Part shown: in pieces, positions 16,217-25,515 of the stretch
Numbering within the stretch: position 1 is the stretch's first letter
Layout of the letters: each line of letters begins with the position of its first letter
Assembly: GCA_031263035.1 (NCBI GenBank)
Contig: JAISGP010000142.1
Location: forward strand, 14,224-78,223
DNA length: 64,000 nt
DNA from: Lachnospiraceae bacterium
GTDB lineage: Bacteria > Bacillota > Clostridia > Lachnospirales > Lachnospiraceae
Reading direction: 5' to 3'
Made by a program: the position numbers and the translations under genes
Notes under the pieces: generated by a model
Seen by the model: only the letters and a program-made list of their open reading frames with translations
What the model was told of the DNA's origin: nothing
The model's database searches: none

Positions 16217-17478
16217 AGATAATCGATTTATTAAGAACAGCAAATAGAAATTTATTAAGTAATAAAAAGCGTACAATTTTAACAGTAATTGCTATTTTCG
16301 TTGGAACTTTTACAATTGCCCTTACTGTTGCAATTAATAATGGAGCTTCTGACTACATTAATGAACAGGTTAAAATGGTAGGTGATATGAATACCATGAT
16401 TATTTCACCTAAAACCACAGCTACTTCATCAGAAGATGGTCCCACAGAATATGTTTCAGAAAAAACTAAGATGGGTGCTGATGTAGTTATAACTAAGGAT
16501 AATCAAAAGAGCATTGCAAATATTAAATATATTAATTCAGTTGAAGCTGTCAAGAATGCACCTATTGACTATATTGAAGGTAAAAATGGTAAAAAATATG
16601 TTTTAGATTCCGGTCATATGGCAGGAATTACCCCTTTAGAAGATGGCGAGCAGTTAGATGAAAAATCATCAGAGCCACAATTGCTTATTTTACCTACATA
16701 TGTAAAAGCTTTAGGATATAAAAATAATAAAGATATTATTGGCAAGAATGTAAGACTACAAGTTAGCTCTAGTGTTACTAAAAAAAGCCAAATAGTTATT
16801 GCGAAAGTTATGGGGGTACGAAGTGAAGGTATAATTAATCCTGGAGTAAATATGTGTAATACTGCTTTAATTGATAAAGCAGTTAGCATAAGTGAAGAAG
16901 GTTTACCTGCAAGTATGAAGAATAATACTTATGGGGTTACTGCCCAGATGAAGGAAAATGTCACAGACAAACAGATACAGTACGTAAAAGATAAATTGGA
17001 TAAAATGGGATATGAGGGAATAACCTTAAAAGACCAAGTAAAAGATATAATGACAGTTTTAGATGCTATAACTATGGTACTTATGATATTTGCAGCTCTT
17101 TCATTATTTGCAGCAAGCTTTGGAATTATTAATACTTTATATATGTCAGTGCAAGATAGAACCAGAGAAATTGGACTTATGAAAGCTTTTGGAATGAGTA
17201 AGAGAAAAATATCATGGCTATTTAGTTTTGAAGCTATATATATTGGATTTTGGGGCTCTCTTATTGGAGTACTAGCTGCCACCGGAGCAGGAAAACTTCT
17301 AAATGCTTTTTCAAAAGCCAATATGAACCTAATGAGTGGATATGATATTACTAAATTCTCTATTCAACCAATACTAATAATTATGGGTGTGATAATGCTA
17401 ATTGCATTTTTAGCAGGTACTTTCCCAGCTAGAAGAGCAAGTAAATTAGATCCAATTAAAGCTTTAAGTTATGAGTAA
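16213..17478 (+). CDS. ABC transporter permease, FtsX/MacB family
   Basis: 421 aa with an N-terminal TM helix, a large extracytoplasmic domain, three C-terminal TM helices and the terminal motif PARRASKLDPIKAL. Confidence 0.88.
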   Translation: MKIIDLLRTANRNLLSNKKRTILTVIAIFVGTFTIALTVAINNGASDYINEQVKMVGDMNTMIISPKTTATSSEDGPTEYVSEKTKMGADVVITKDNQKSIANIKYINSVEAVKNAPIDYIEGKNGKKYVLDSGHMAGITPLEDGEQLDEKSSEPQLLILPTYVKALGYKNNKDIIGKNVRLQVSSSVTKKSQIVIAKVMGVRSEGIINPGVNMCNTALIDKAVSISEEGLPASMKNNTYGVTAQMKENVTDKQIQYVKDKLDKMGYEGITLKDQVKDIMTVLDAITMVLMIFAALSLFAASFGIINTLYMSVQDRTREIGLMKAFGMSKRKISWLFSFEAIYIGFWGSLIGVLAATGAGKLLNAFSKANMNLMSGYDITKFSIQPILIIMGVIMLIAFLAGTFPARRASKLDPIKALSYE

Positions 17479-17597
17479 ACTAAAGAGGGGGTAGAGATAG
17501 TTCAATTTAAAAATTTGATAATTTTAAATTTGATATACAAATGTTGATTGATATAAAAAAATTAGATATTTGGTTGAATATTAATATAGATATATGT

Positions 17598-17640
17598 AAA
17601 AGTAACTTCCTTAATCCTGTAGTTTTAAGGAAGTTACTTT
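17598..17640. terminator. Bidirectional terminator between the ABC permease (+) and the LacI regulator (-)
   Basis: A perfect 16-bp stem AAAGTAACTTCCTTAA / TTAAGGAAGTTACTTT whose A/T-rich ends supply a U-tract on either strand. Confidence 0.75.
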
Positions 17641-17659
17641 AATATTTAATTCATTTATT

Positions 17660-18670
17660 TTACGTTGAAAACCGCTTTACAAGCCGAGTAGATATTCCAA
17701 TTTTTAAAGTTTGAGGAATTGGAGAATTTACTTGGCTTATTAATTGTGTAGCTGCCATTTTTCCCATAAAAGTTCTATTAATATCAATGGTAGTTAAAGA
17801 TGGAGAGATAATTTTAGCTTCAGAAATGTTATCAAATCCAACTATTTTAATATCGTTTGGAATTTTATATCCTCTTAAAGTTAAGGCTTTTATTGCTCCA
17901 ATTGCAATTAAGTCATTATCAGCGAAATAGCAACTGGCAAGTTCATCACCCTGGTCGATTATTTCAAGCATATCTGAAAAAGCTCCATCAATAGAAGGAG
18001 ATACTTCATGAATTATTGATTTAGAAACAGACATTCCATGTTCTTTTATAGCTTTAGTAAATCCGTTTTTCCGCTCCACAAAATTAGGAATACTATAAGA
18101 GGAGCGAATATGCCCAGGTTGTTTATTATTACATCTATCTATTAAATAATTAGTTGCCATATAAGCCCCTTGTACATTATTTATAAGGACAGAGCTACAT
18201 TCTACAGAGTCAAAATAAGTATCTAAAAGAACCATAGGAATGGAAAGCTTTAGAAAAGATTTGCAAATAGAGTCTGTGATTTCTGTGCCCAATAATATAA
18301 TTCCAACACATCCAGTTACTCGTAAATCTTCCATATCTTTTTCTACATCATCTGTTTTTTCATAAATCTGTAAAGTTTTTAATCTATATCCATTTTCCCT
18401 GCAGGCTTCTGCAATTCCATCAGTCAATTCTGAAAATATAGGAGTATATTTTAAAATTGCATTATGTTTTCTGTAGATAATGTAATAAATATCTCCTTCT
18501 TTTTTTCTTTTCATAGAAATCTTAGAAAAATCATAGCCATATTTTTTGGCTTCTTCAAGAATGTATTTTCTTGTTTCAGTACTAACTCCAGCCTTATTGT
18601 TTAAAGCCATAGAAACAGCAGTGGCAGAAATATTTAATTTTTGTGCAAGTTCCTTAGCTGTTATTCCCAT
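17660..18670 (-). CDS. LacI family transcriptional regulator
   Basis: N-terminal HTH (ITAKELAQKLNISATAVSMALNN) plus a periplasmic-binding-protein-like sugar-binding core. I chose the ATG at 18670 (GAGGT 6 nt upstream) rather than 18682. Confidence 0.88.
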   Translation of the reverse strand: MGITAKELAQKLNISATAVSMALNNKAGVSTETRKYILEEAKKYGYDFSKISMKRKKEGDIYYIIYRKHNAILKYTPIFSELTDGIAEACRENGYRLKTLQIYEKTDDVEKDMEDLRVTGCVGIILLGTEITDSICKSFLKLSIPMVLLDTYFDSVECSSVLINNVQGAYMATNYLIDRCNNKQPGHIRSSYSIPNFVERKNGFTKAIKEHGMSVSKSIIHEVSPSIDGAFSDMLEIIDQGDELASCYFADNDLIAIGAIKALTLRGYKIPNDIKIVGFDNISEAKIISPSLTTIDINRTFMGKMAATQLISQVNSPIPQTLKIGISTRLVKRFST

Positions 18671-18971
18671 TTGTAACCTCATCTTTTATTGTTATTTAAA
18701 TATCTATAGTTTTTTTTGAACATTTAATTTAAATAATATGGTCTTTATGTTTTATAGTTCAAATCTTTCGATTAAATATTACTAATTTCAAAGGTATCAT
18801 TAATGATTTCTATAAGATGAATGTTTATATATCTCTTAATTATCTATCTTAATTATATTATATAAAATAAATAATTCAATAATAAAGTTAAAAATAAAGT
18901 AAAATTCACTTTATTTTTTCTTGGAATAAAGTGAAACAAGGCCTACAATCCAATTAAGTTAAGGAGGATGG

Positions 18972-20375
18972 ATGATGAAGAGGATAAAACTTGGATATGC
19001 ACCAACTAGAAGAAGCATCTTTAGTGCACCGGATGCAATAAAATACAGAGGATTAATTGCAAATAGATTAAAAGAATTAAATATTGATTTTGTAGATATT
19101 ACAGATATAAATGAAGAAGGACTTTTATATAATGATGAAGATATGTTTAAAATAGCAGAAAAGTTTAAAAATGAAAAAATAGATGGACTTTTTCTTCCTC
19201 ATTGTAATTTTGGAACAGAATATGAATGTGCTAGATTAGCTAAAGAATTAAATGTTCCAGTACTTTTGTGGGGACCATTAGATGAAAGACCAGAAGCTGA
19301 CGGAACTAGACTTCGTGATACCCAATGCGGTTTATTTGCAACAGGAAAGGTACTTAGAAGATTTAAAATTCCATTTACATACATGACTAATTGTAGATTA
19401 AATGATCCTGTATTCGAAAGAGGACTTAGAGATTTTCTTGCAGTATGTAACGTAGTTAAGACTTTTAACCATATAAGAATTCTTCAAATATCTACAAGAC
19501 CCTTTGATTTTTGGACAACTATGTGTAATGAGGGAGAATTGCTAGAGAAATTTAACATTCAACTTTCTCCTATTCCAATGCCGGAATTAACAGATGAAGT
19601 CAAAAAAGTAAAAGAAGAAAAATATGAAGTAGAACAAGTAATTAAGTATTGCAAGGATAACATGGAAATCTGTGTAACAGAAAAGGAACTTGAAAATGTA
19701 GCTGCTTTAAAAGTTGCTATGAAAAATCTAACTGTTAAATATGGATGTAAAGCAGTAGCAATTCAATGCTGGAATCAACTTCAAAGTGAACTTGGTATAA
19801 TGCCTTGTGCTGCCAATGCTCTTTTAAATGACGAAGGTATTCCTGTTGTTTGTGAAACAGATATTCATGGTGCAATCACAGCATTAATGGTTGAAGCAGC
19901 GGGAATGGATGAAACTAGAAGCTTCTTTGCTGATTGGACAATACGTCATCCTGATATTGCAAATGGAGAATTATTACAACATTGTGGACCATGGCCAATA
20001 TCTATTGCAAAGGATAAACCAAAGCTTACAGTTCCTCTTGCTTTTGATTATCCAGGTAGTATAACGGCAGAAGCTAAACATGGAGATGTATCTTTAGTTC
20101 GATTTGATGGTGATAATGGGGAATATTCGCTTCTTTTAGGACATGCTAAAGGTGTTGATGGACCTAAAGGCATGGGTACATATCTTTGGGTAGAAGTTGA
20201 TAATATAAAAAGGTTGGAAGCTAAAATAGTAGAAGGACCTTACATTCATCATTGTGTGGGAATTCACAAAGATGTAGTTCCAATACTGTATGAAGCTTGC
20301 AAATATATTGGGGTAAAACCAGATTTTTATGATCCTATTGAGGAAGATGTAAAGGCATATTTGAGAGGAGAATGA
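18972..20375 (+). CDS. L-fucose/L-arabinose isomerase family protein (substrate unknown)
   Basis: 467 aa. The N-terminal pattern (KLGYAPTRRSIFS...PHCNFGTE...LLWGP...RLRDTQCG) matches my recollection of COG2407-type aldose-ketose isomerases. It is the first gene of a sugar operon. Confidence 0.6.
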   Translation: MMKRIKLGYAPTRRSIFSAPDAIKYRGLIANRLKELNIDFVDITDINEEGLLYNDEDMFKIAEKFKNEKIDGLFLPHCNFGTEYECARLAKELNVPVLLWGPLDERPEADGTRLRDTQCGLFATGKVLRRFKIPFTYMTNCRLNDPVFERGLRDFLAVCNVVKTFNHIRILQISTRPFDFWTTMCNEGELLEKFNIQLSPIPMPELTDEVKKVKEEKYEVEQVIKYCKDNMEICVTEKELENVAALKVAMKNLTVKYGCKAVAIQCWNQLQSELGIMPCAANALLNDEGIPVVCETDIHGAITALMVEAAGMDETRSFFADWTIRHPDIANGELLQHCGPWPISIAKDKPKLTVPLAFDYPGSITAEAKHGDVSLVRFDGDNGEYSLLLGHAKGVDGPKGMGTYLWVEVDNIKRLEAKIVEGPYIHHCVGIHKDVVPILYEACKYIGVKPDFYDPIEEDVKAYLRGE

Positions 20376-21202
20376 TTATGGGTGAGTTAGAAAAGTTAGC
20401 ATATGATTTGCGAAAAGATACTGTAGATATGATTGTATCTGGAAAAGCTGGTCATATTGGCGGAGATATGAGTGTTATGGAAATTTTGGTTGAATTGTAT
20501 TTTGATCAGATGAATATATCTCCTGAAAATAAGGATGATCCAAATAGAGATTTATTTGTTTTAAGTAAGGGACATTCTGTAGAAAGTTATTATTCAGTTT
20601 TGGCAAAAAAGGGATTTTTTGATATTAAAGAAGCTATAGATACTTTTAGCAAATTCGGTTCAAAGTACATAGGGCATCCAAATAATAAAATCCCAGGAAT
20701 TGAAATGAATTCAGGTTCTTTAGGTCATGGATTACCTGTAGGAGTTGGAATGGCGTTAGCTTCTAAGATGGATAATAGAAAAAATAGAGTTTACGTTGTG
20801 ATGGGAGATGGAGAATTAGCAGAGGGCTCTGTATGGGAAGGTGCTATGTCAGCATCTCAATATAAATTAGATAATCTTTGTGCAGTAGTTGATAGAAATA
20901 GATTACAGATTTCCGGAACAACAGAAGAAGTAATGGGACAAGATGATTTGCATGATAGATTTAGAAGTTTTGGATGGAATGTAATTGATGTGGAAGATGG
21001 TAATAGTATAGAGCAACTTAAAATGGCTTTTGATAAAGCTAAAAGTGTAGTGGGTAAGCCTACTGTTTTAATTGCAAATACTGTTAAAGGTAAAGGTTCT
21101 TCTGTTATGGAAAATAATGTATCTTGGCATCATCATGTACCGACAGAAGAGGAGTATAGTCAAATTATCAAAGATTTTCAAATTCGAAAGGAGGTATTTT
21201 AA
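20372..21202 (+). CDS. Transketolase, N-terminal (TPP-binding) subunit
   Basis: 276 aa with GHIGG, SKGH, GSLGHGL and GDGELAEG motifs, the split-transketolase subunit A pattern. The start overlaps the upstream stop (ATGA). Confidence 0.88.
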   Translation: MIMGELEKLAYDLRKDTVDMIVSGKAGHIGGDMSVMEILVELYFDQMNISPENKDDPNRDLFVLSKGHSVESYYSVLAKKGFFDIKEAIDTFSKFGSKYIGHPNNKIPGIEMNSGSLGHGLPVGVGMALASKMDNRKNRVYVVMGDGELAEGSVWEGAMSASQYKLDNLCAVVDRNRLQISGTTEEVMGQDDLHDRFRSFGWNVIDVEDGNSIEQLKMAFDKAKSVVGKPTVLIANTVKGKGSSVMENNVSWHHHVPTEEEYSQIIKDFQIRKEVF

Positions 21203-21203
21203 A

Positions 21204-22136
21204 ATGGCTAATATTGCAAATAAAAAGGCTATTTGTGACCTACTTCTAGAAAAAGCTAAAACAGATAAAGATATAGTAGTTTTGTGTAGCGATTCAAGAG
21301 GTTCAGCTTCCCTTGCTCCTTTTTTTGAAGAGTTTCCACAACAATCAGTTGAAACAGGAATTGCCGAGCAAGATTTAGTAGGAATATCAGCAGGTCTTGC
21401 CAAATGCGGTAAGAAACCATTTGCAGCATCTCCGGCAAGCTTTATTACTACAAGAAGTTATGAGCAATGTAAGGTAGATGTGGCATATTCAAATACAAAT
21501 GTAACATTAATCGGAATAAGTGGCGGAGTAAGTTATGGAGCACTTGGAATGAGTCATCATTCAGCACAGGATATTGCAGCAATGGCAGCAATTCCAGGTA
21601 TGAGAGTTTACTTTCCAAGTGACCATTTTCAAACTACTAAATTAATGGAAGCATTACTTAAAGATGAAAAACCTTCATATGTTAGAGTAGGTAGAAATGC
21701 TGTTCCTGAAATTTATTCAGAAGATAATTGTACATTTGAAATAGATAAGGCTAATATACTTAGTGAAGGTAAGGATGTTGCAATTATCGCTTGCGGTGAA
21801 ATGGTATATGAAGCTTTAGAAGCAGCAAAGGCTTTAAAGGAAGAGGGTATTTTGGCTACAGTGGTTGATATGTATTGTTTAAAACCTTTAGATGAAGATA
21901 CAATAATTAAAGTAACGAAAGATGTAAAAGCAGTCATTACAATAGAAGAACATTCTCCTTATGGAGGACTTGGTTCTATGGTAAGTCAGGTAGTTGGTGA
22001 AAATAATCCTAAATTAGTTGTAAATATGAGTTTACCAGATGCACCTGTTATTACTGGAACTTCTAGTGAAGTATTTGATTATTATGGATTAAATAAAGAG
22101 GGTATTGTAAAAAAGGTAAAAGAAATTATAAAATAA
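21204..22136 (+). CDS. Transketolase, C-terminal (pyrimidine-binding) subunit
   Basis: MANIANKKA... with GIAEQD and the C-terminal domain. AGGAGGT lies upstream of the ATG at 21204. The listed 21072 start would overlap subunit A by 130 nt and adds junk sequence. Confidence 0.88.
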   Translation: MANIANKKAICDLLLEKAKTDKDIVVLCSDSRGSASLAPFFEEFPQQSVETGIAEQDLVGISAGLAKCGKKPFAASPASFITTRSYEQCKVDVAYSNTNVTLIGISGGVSYGALGMSHHSAQDIAAMAAIPGMRVYFPSDHFQTTKLMEALLKDEKPSYVRVGRNAVPEIYSEDNCTFEIDKANILSEGKDVAIIACGEMVYEALEAAKALKEEGILATVVDMYCLKPLDEDTIIKVTKDVKAVITIEEHSPYGGLGSMVSQVVGENNPKLVVNMSLPDAPVITGTSSEVFDYYGLNKEGIVKKVKEIIK

Positions 22137-22148
22137 AGAGGTAGTACA

Positions 22149-23633
22149 GTGGTAGAAAATTACATAGTCAGTATAGACCAAAGTACTCAAGGAACGAAAG
22201 CACTATTATTTAATTTAGAAGGAAAATTAATTAATAGAAGGGATATTCTTCATAAGCAGATAATTAATGATAAAGGCTGGGTATCTCATGATCCTATGGA
22301 AATCTACAATAATACAGTTCAGGTTATTAAAAATCTAGTTGAGGCTTCTAAGATAAATAAAGATAATATAATAGGCTTAGGAATTAGTAATCAAAGAGAA
22401 ACATCTTTAGCATGGAATAGAAAGACAGGAAAGCCTTTAGGAGATGCCATTGTTTGGCAGTGTAGCAGAGCAAGAGATATTTGCGAAAAGGTTGAAAAAC
22501 TAGGAGTTGCTGATGAAATTGGGGAAAAGACAGGACTTAGGTTATCCCCATATTTTCCTGCAGCTAAAATAGGATGGCTATTAGAAAATATATCAGGTGC
22601 AAAGGAATTATCTGAAAAGGGCAACATATGTCATGGAACTATTGACACATGGCTAGTATATAAACTAACAAATGGAACATCCTATAAAACTGATTACTCT
22701 AATGCATCACGAACTCAATTGTTTAATATTTTTGATTTAAAATGGGATGAAGATATATGTGAGTATTTCGGTATTAATATAAAGAATTTACCGGAAGTTT
22801 GCTATTCAGACTCTATATTTGGAGAGACTGATTTAGAAGGTTTCTTTAATAAACCTATACCCATAGCAGGAGTTATAGGAGATTCTCATGGAGCTCTTTT
22901 TGGACAAGGTTGTATAGAAAAAGGGATGATAAAGGCAACATATGGTACAGGTTCATCTATAATGATGAATATAGGGGATAAGCCCATTCTTAGTACTCAT
23001 GGAGTAGTTACATCTCTCGCATGGGGGATTAATGGTAAGATTAATTATGTTCTAGAGGGGAATATTAATTATACAGGAGCCGTTATAACTTGGCTTAAAA
23101 ATGAAGTTGAACTTATCTCTAATCCTAGTCAAACGGCTAAATTATGTTATAAAGCAAAAACAGATGATGACCTATATTTAATTCCAGCTTTTACAGGTCT
23201 TGGTGCACCTTATTGGGATAGTTATGCTAAGGGTGCATTAATAGGTATTACTAGAACCACAGGTAAAGCAGAAATAGTTAGAGCCGGAGTTGAGTGTATT
23301 GCCTACCAGATAAATGATATAGTAGAAGCCATGAGTGAGGATGCAGGTATTCCTTTTAAAGAACTAAGAGTTGACGGAGGTCCAACGCGAAATAAATATT
23401 TAATGCAATTTCAAAGTGATATTTTAGGTAAAGAAGTAAAAGTTCCCGGAGCAGAAGAACTTTCCGGTATCGGAGCAGCCTATGTAGCCGGATTTAGCCT
23501 TAAAGTTTTTGACGAAACTATATTTGCAAATATGAAGCGTAAAAACTATATACCGGAAATGGATAGAAAGACTGCAAATAAAAAAATAGCAGGTTGGAAA
23601 GATGCTGTTAGAAGCGTTTTAAGTAAAAAATAA
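22149..23633 (+). CDS. FGGY-family carbohydrate kinase (glycerol-kinase-like)
   Basis: 494 aa with IDQSTQGTK, GISNQRETSLAWN, IVWQC and the C-terminal GGPTRN motif. Confidence 0.85.
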   Translation: MVENYIVSIDQSTQGTKALLFNLEGKLINRRDILHKQIINDKGWVSHDPMEIYNNTVQVIKNLVEASKINKDNIIGLGISNQRETSLAWNRKTGKPLGDAIVWQCSRARDICEKVEKLGVADEIGEKTGLRLSPYFPAAKIGWLLENISGAKELSEKGNICHGTIDTWLVYKLTNGTSYKTDYSNASRTQLFNIFDLKWDEDICEYFGINIKNLPEVCYSDSIFGETDLEGFFNKPIPIAGVIGDSHGALFGQGCIEKGMIKATYGTGSSIMMNIGDKPILSTHGVVTSLAWGINGKINYVLEGNINYTGAVITWLKNEVELISNPSQTAKLCYKAKTDDDLYLIPAFTGLGAPYWDSYAKGALIGITRTTGKAEIVRAGVECIAYQINDIVEAMSEDAGIPFKELRVDGGPTRNKYLMQFQSDILGKEVKVPGAEELSGIGAAYVAGFSLKVFDETIFANMKRKNYIPEMDRKTANKKIAGWKDAVRSVLSKK

Positions 23634-23723
23634 AAGGGTACAATATTTATATTAATTTGAGATCCACGGAGAGGGAATTCTTCGGTGTGTCATACAACTA
23701 ACAATTTTTAAGGAGGAAACAAA

Positions 23724-24737
23724 ATGAAAAGAAAAGTTTTAAGCATTTTATTATGCGCTGCTATGGTAGTTACTATGGCTGTTGGATGTGGTAAGAAAGA
23801 TACCTCATCTTCTGAGAAAAAGGAAACAAAAACAGAAACTAAGACAAAAGACGAAGTTTTACCAGGTGGAGGTTCTAAGATTATTTATGTAATTACTCCA
23901 TCTACTTCAAACACATTCTTTGAAACAGAAGCTAAAATTTGTACAGCTGAAGCTAAAAAATTAGGCTACACAGTTAAAGCTATGTCTCATGACGACGACG
24001 CAACTAAACAAATGCAACAATTTGAATCTGCAATTGATGATAAAGCTGCAGCAATCATTTGCGATAATGCAGGAGCAGATGCAACAATTGAAGCTGTAAA
24101 AGCAGCAAGAAAAGCTGGCATTCCAACTTTCCTAATTGATAGAGAAATTAATGAAGAGGGTGTAGCAATTTCTCAAATCGTTGCAAATAACTATCAGGGT
24201 GCTAAAGGTGTAGCTGAAGTATTTGTAAAAGCAATGGGAGAAAAAGGAAACTATGTTGAACTTCTTGGAAAAGAATCTGATACAAATGCAGGTGTTCGTT
24301 CTTCAGCATTCCATGAAGTAATTGATCAGTATAAGAATATGAAGATGGTTGCTCAACAAGCAGCTAACTGGGAACAAACAGAAGCATATGATAAGATGGG
24401 TACAATTCTTCAATCTCATCCAAATATTGATGGAGTAATCTGTGGAAACGATACAATGCTTTGTGGTGCTGTAGCTGCATTAGAAGATGCCGGACTTGCA
24501 GGTATTCCAGTAATCGGTGTTGATGGTTCAGATGATGCAAGAGATCTTATTTTACAAGGTAAGGCAACAGCAACAGCACTTCAACAAGCTGCTGAGATTT
24601 CAAGAATGGCAGTTAAACAAGCTGATGATTATTTAAAGAATGGTAAAACAGGTTTAGATGAAAAACAATTAGTTGATTGTATAGTAATTACTAAAGATAA
24701 TGCAAGTAAACTAAAAGCATTTGATTTATCTAAATAA
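23724..24737 (+). CDS. Sugar ABC transporter substrate-binding lipoprotein (RbsB/PBP1 type)
   Basis: It has a lipobox (MAVGCG) and a Ser/Thr/Lys-rich linker. The type I periplasmic-binding fold pattern includes LIDR, GNDTM and GVDGS. Confidence 0.88.
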   Translation: MKRKVLSILLCAAMVVTMAVGCGKKDTSSSEKKETKTETKTKDEVLPGGGSKIIYVITPSTSNTFFETEAKICTAEAKKLGYTVKAMSHDDDATKQMQQFESAIDDKAAAIICDNAGADATIEAVKAARKAGIPTFLIDREINEEGVAISQIVANNYQGAKGVAEVFVKAMGEKGNYVELLGKESDTNAGVRSSAFHEVIDQYKNMKMVAQQAANWEQTEAYDKMGTILQSHPNIDGVICGNDTMLCGAVAALEDAGLAGIPVIGVDGSDDARDLILQGKATATALQQAAEISRMAVKQADDYLKNGKTGLDEKQLVDCIVITKDNASKLKAFDLSK

Positions 24738-24749
24738 TTACTTCCTTTG

Positions 24750-24787
24750 GAATGGAGCAAGTCACTAAATGGTGATATGCTCCATTC
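24750..24787 (+). terminator. Intra-operon hairpin (partial terminator / mRNA stabiliser) after the SBP gene
   Basis: Stem GAATGGAGCA / TGCTCCATTC (10 bp) followed by TTT then an A-run. The U-tract is weak, so read-through is likely. Confidence 0.45.
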
Positions 24788-24862
24788 TTTAAAAAATAAA
24801 AACTCAGAAAAAGTTTTTAAATATTATCCTTAAATAATTGTATAGTTTTAAAGGAGAATGCT

Positions 24863-25501
24863 ATGAAAAAAAAGATAATGTCATTATTTTTAGTAATGGT
24901 TTTATTTGCTAGTATGATGACTGGATGTATAAAAGTAGTTAAAACTGGAGAAGAAGGAAAACTTACAGGGGAAACTAAGTTTAACCCTGGTGATGATGTA
25001 TCCAAATTTTGGGAGTCAGAAGCAATTCCTGAATTAGAAAAAAAGGCAATTGATATTAATACATTTATTAAGGAATCTAATGGTGACTTTAAGTCTTTAG
25101 CTAAAAAATATGGAAAATATTCAATGGGTACATCAGGAGAATTAAACTATGTTGTAAAGGGAACCGGTACTGTAACAGAGGTGAATACCTCAAGTATGGC
25201 AGGATTTATGACAGTTAAATTAAATGATTATACTGGGAATGTTAAGATAATGTTGCAAATAGGCTCAGTAATTACCGGATCTTCAGTTAGAGATTCCCTA
25301 AGCTTTATTAAATATGGGGATTATACAAATCAACAAGAATTTGCAGCGATTAGTCAAAGTATAAATTCCTTAATTCAGAAGAAAGTAGTTAGTCCAAAAA
25401 CGGCAGCTGACTATAAGGGAAAAGAAATTAGCTTTGTAGGATGTTTCACAGCTTCTGATAATAGTCAGATGCTTATAACACCAGTTATGATTAAAGAGTA
25501 A
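24863..25501 (+). CDS. DUF2291-like lipoprotein associated with ribose-type ABC importers
   Basis: 212 aa with the lipobox MMTGC. It sits between the SBP and ATPase genes, as is typical for DUF2291. The family call is from context and recollection. Confidence 0.5.
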   Translation: MKKKIMSLFLVMVLFASMMTGCIKVVKTGEEGKLTGETKFNPGDDVSKFWESEAIPELEKKAIDINTFIKESNGDFKSLAKKYGKYSMGTSGELNYVVKGTGTVTEVNTSSMAGFMTVKLNDYTGNVKIMLQIGSVITGSSVRDSLSFIKYGDYTNQQEFAAISQSINSLIQKKVVSPKTAADYKGKEISFVGCFTASDNSQMLITPVMIKE

Positions 25502-25515
25502 AGAGGGAGGAACCT

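Noticed and set aside
21072-21203. Upstream extension of the transketolase C-subunit ORF (start listed at 21072).
   Set aside because: It would overlap subunit A by 130 nt and encodes nonsense-like sequence (MQILLKVKVLLLWKIMYLG...). The ATG at 21204 has a proper AGGAGGT RBS and begins the homologous sequence.
18972-23633. Assigning the sugar locus specifically to D-apiose catabolism, because of the split transketolase.
   Set aside because: The described transketolase route for apiose uses a reductase and a dehydrogenase to make apulose, not a fucose-isomerase-family enzyme. Without SBP specificity or network analysis the substrate cannot be named.
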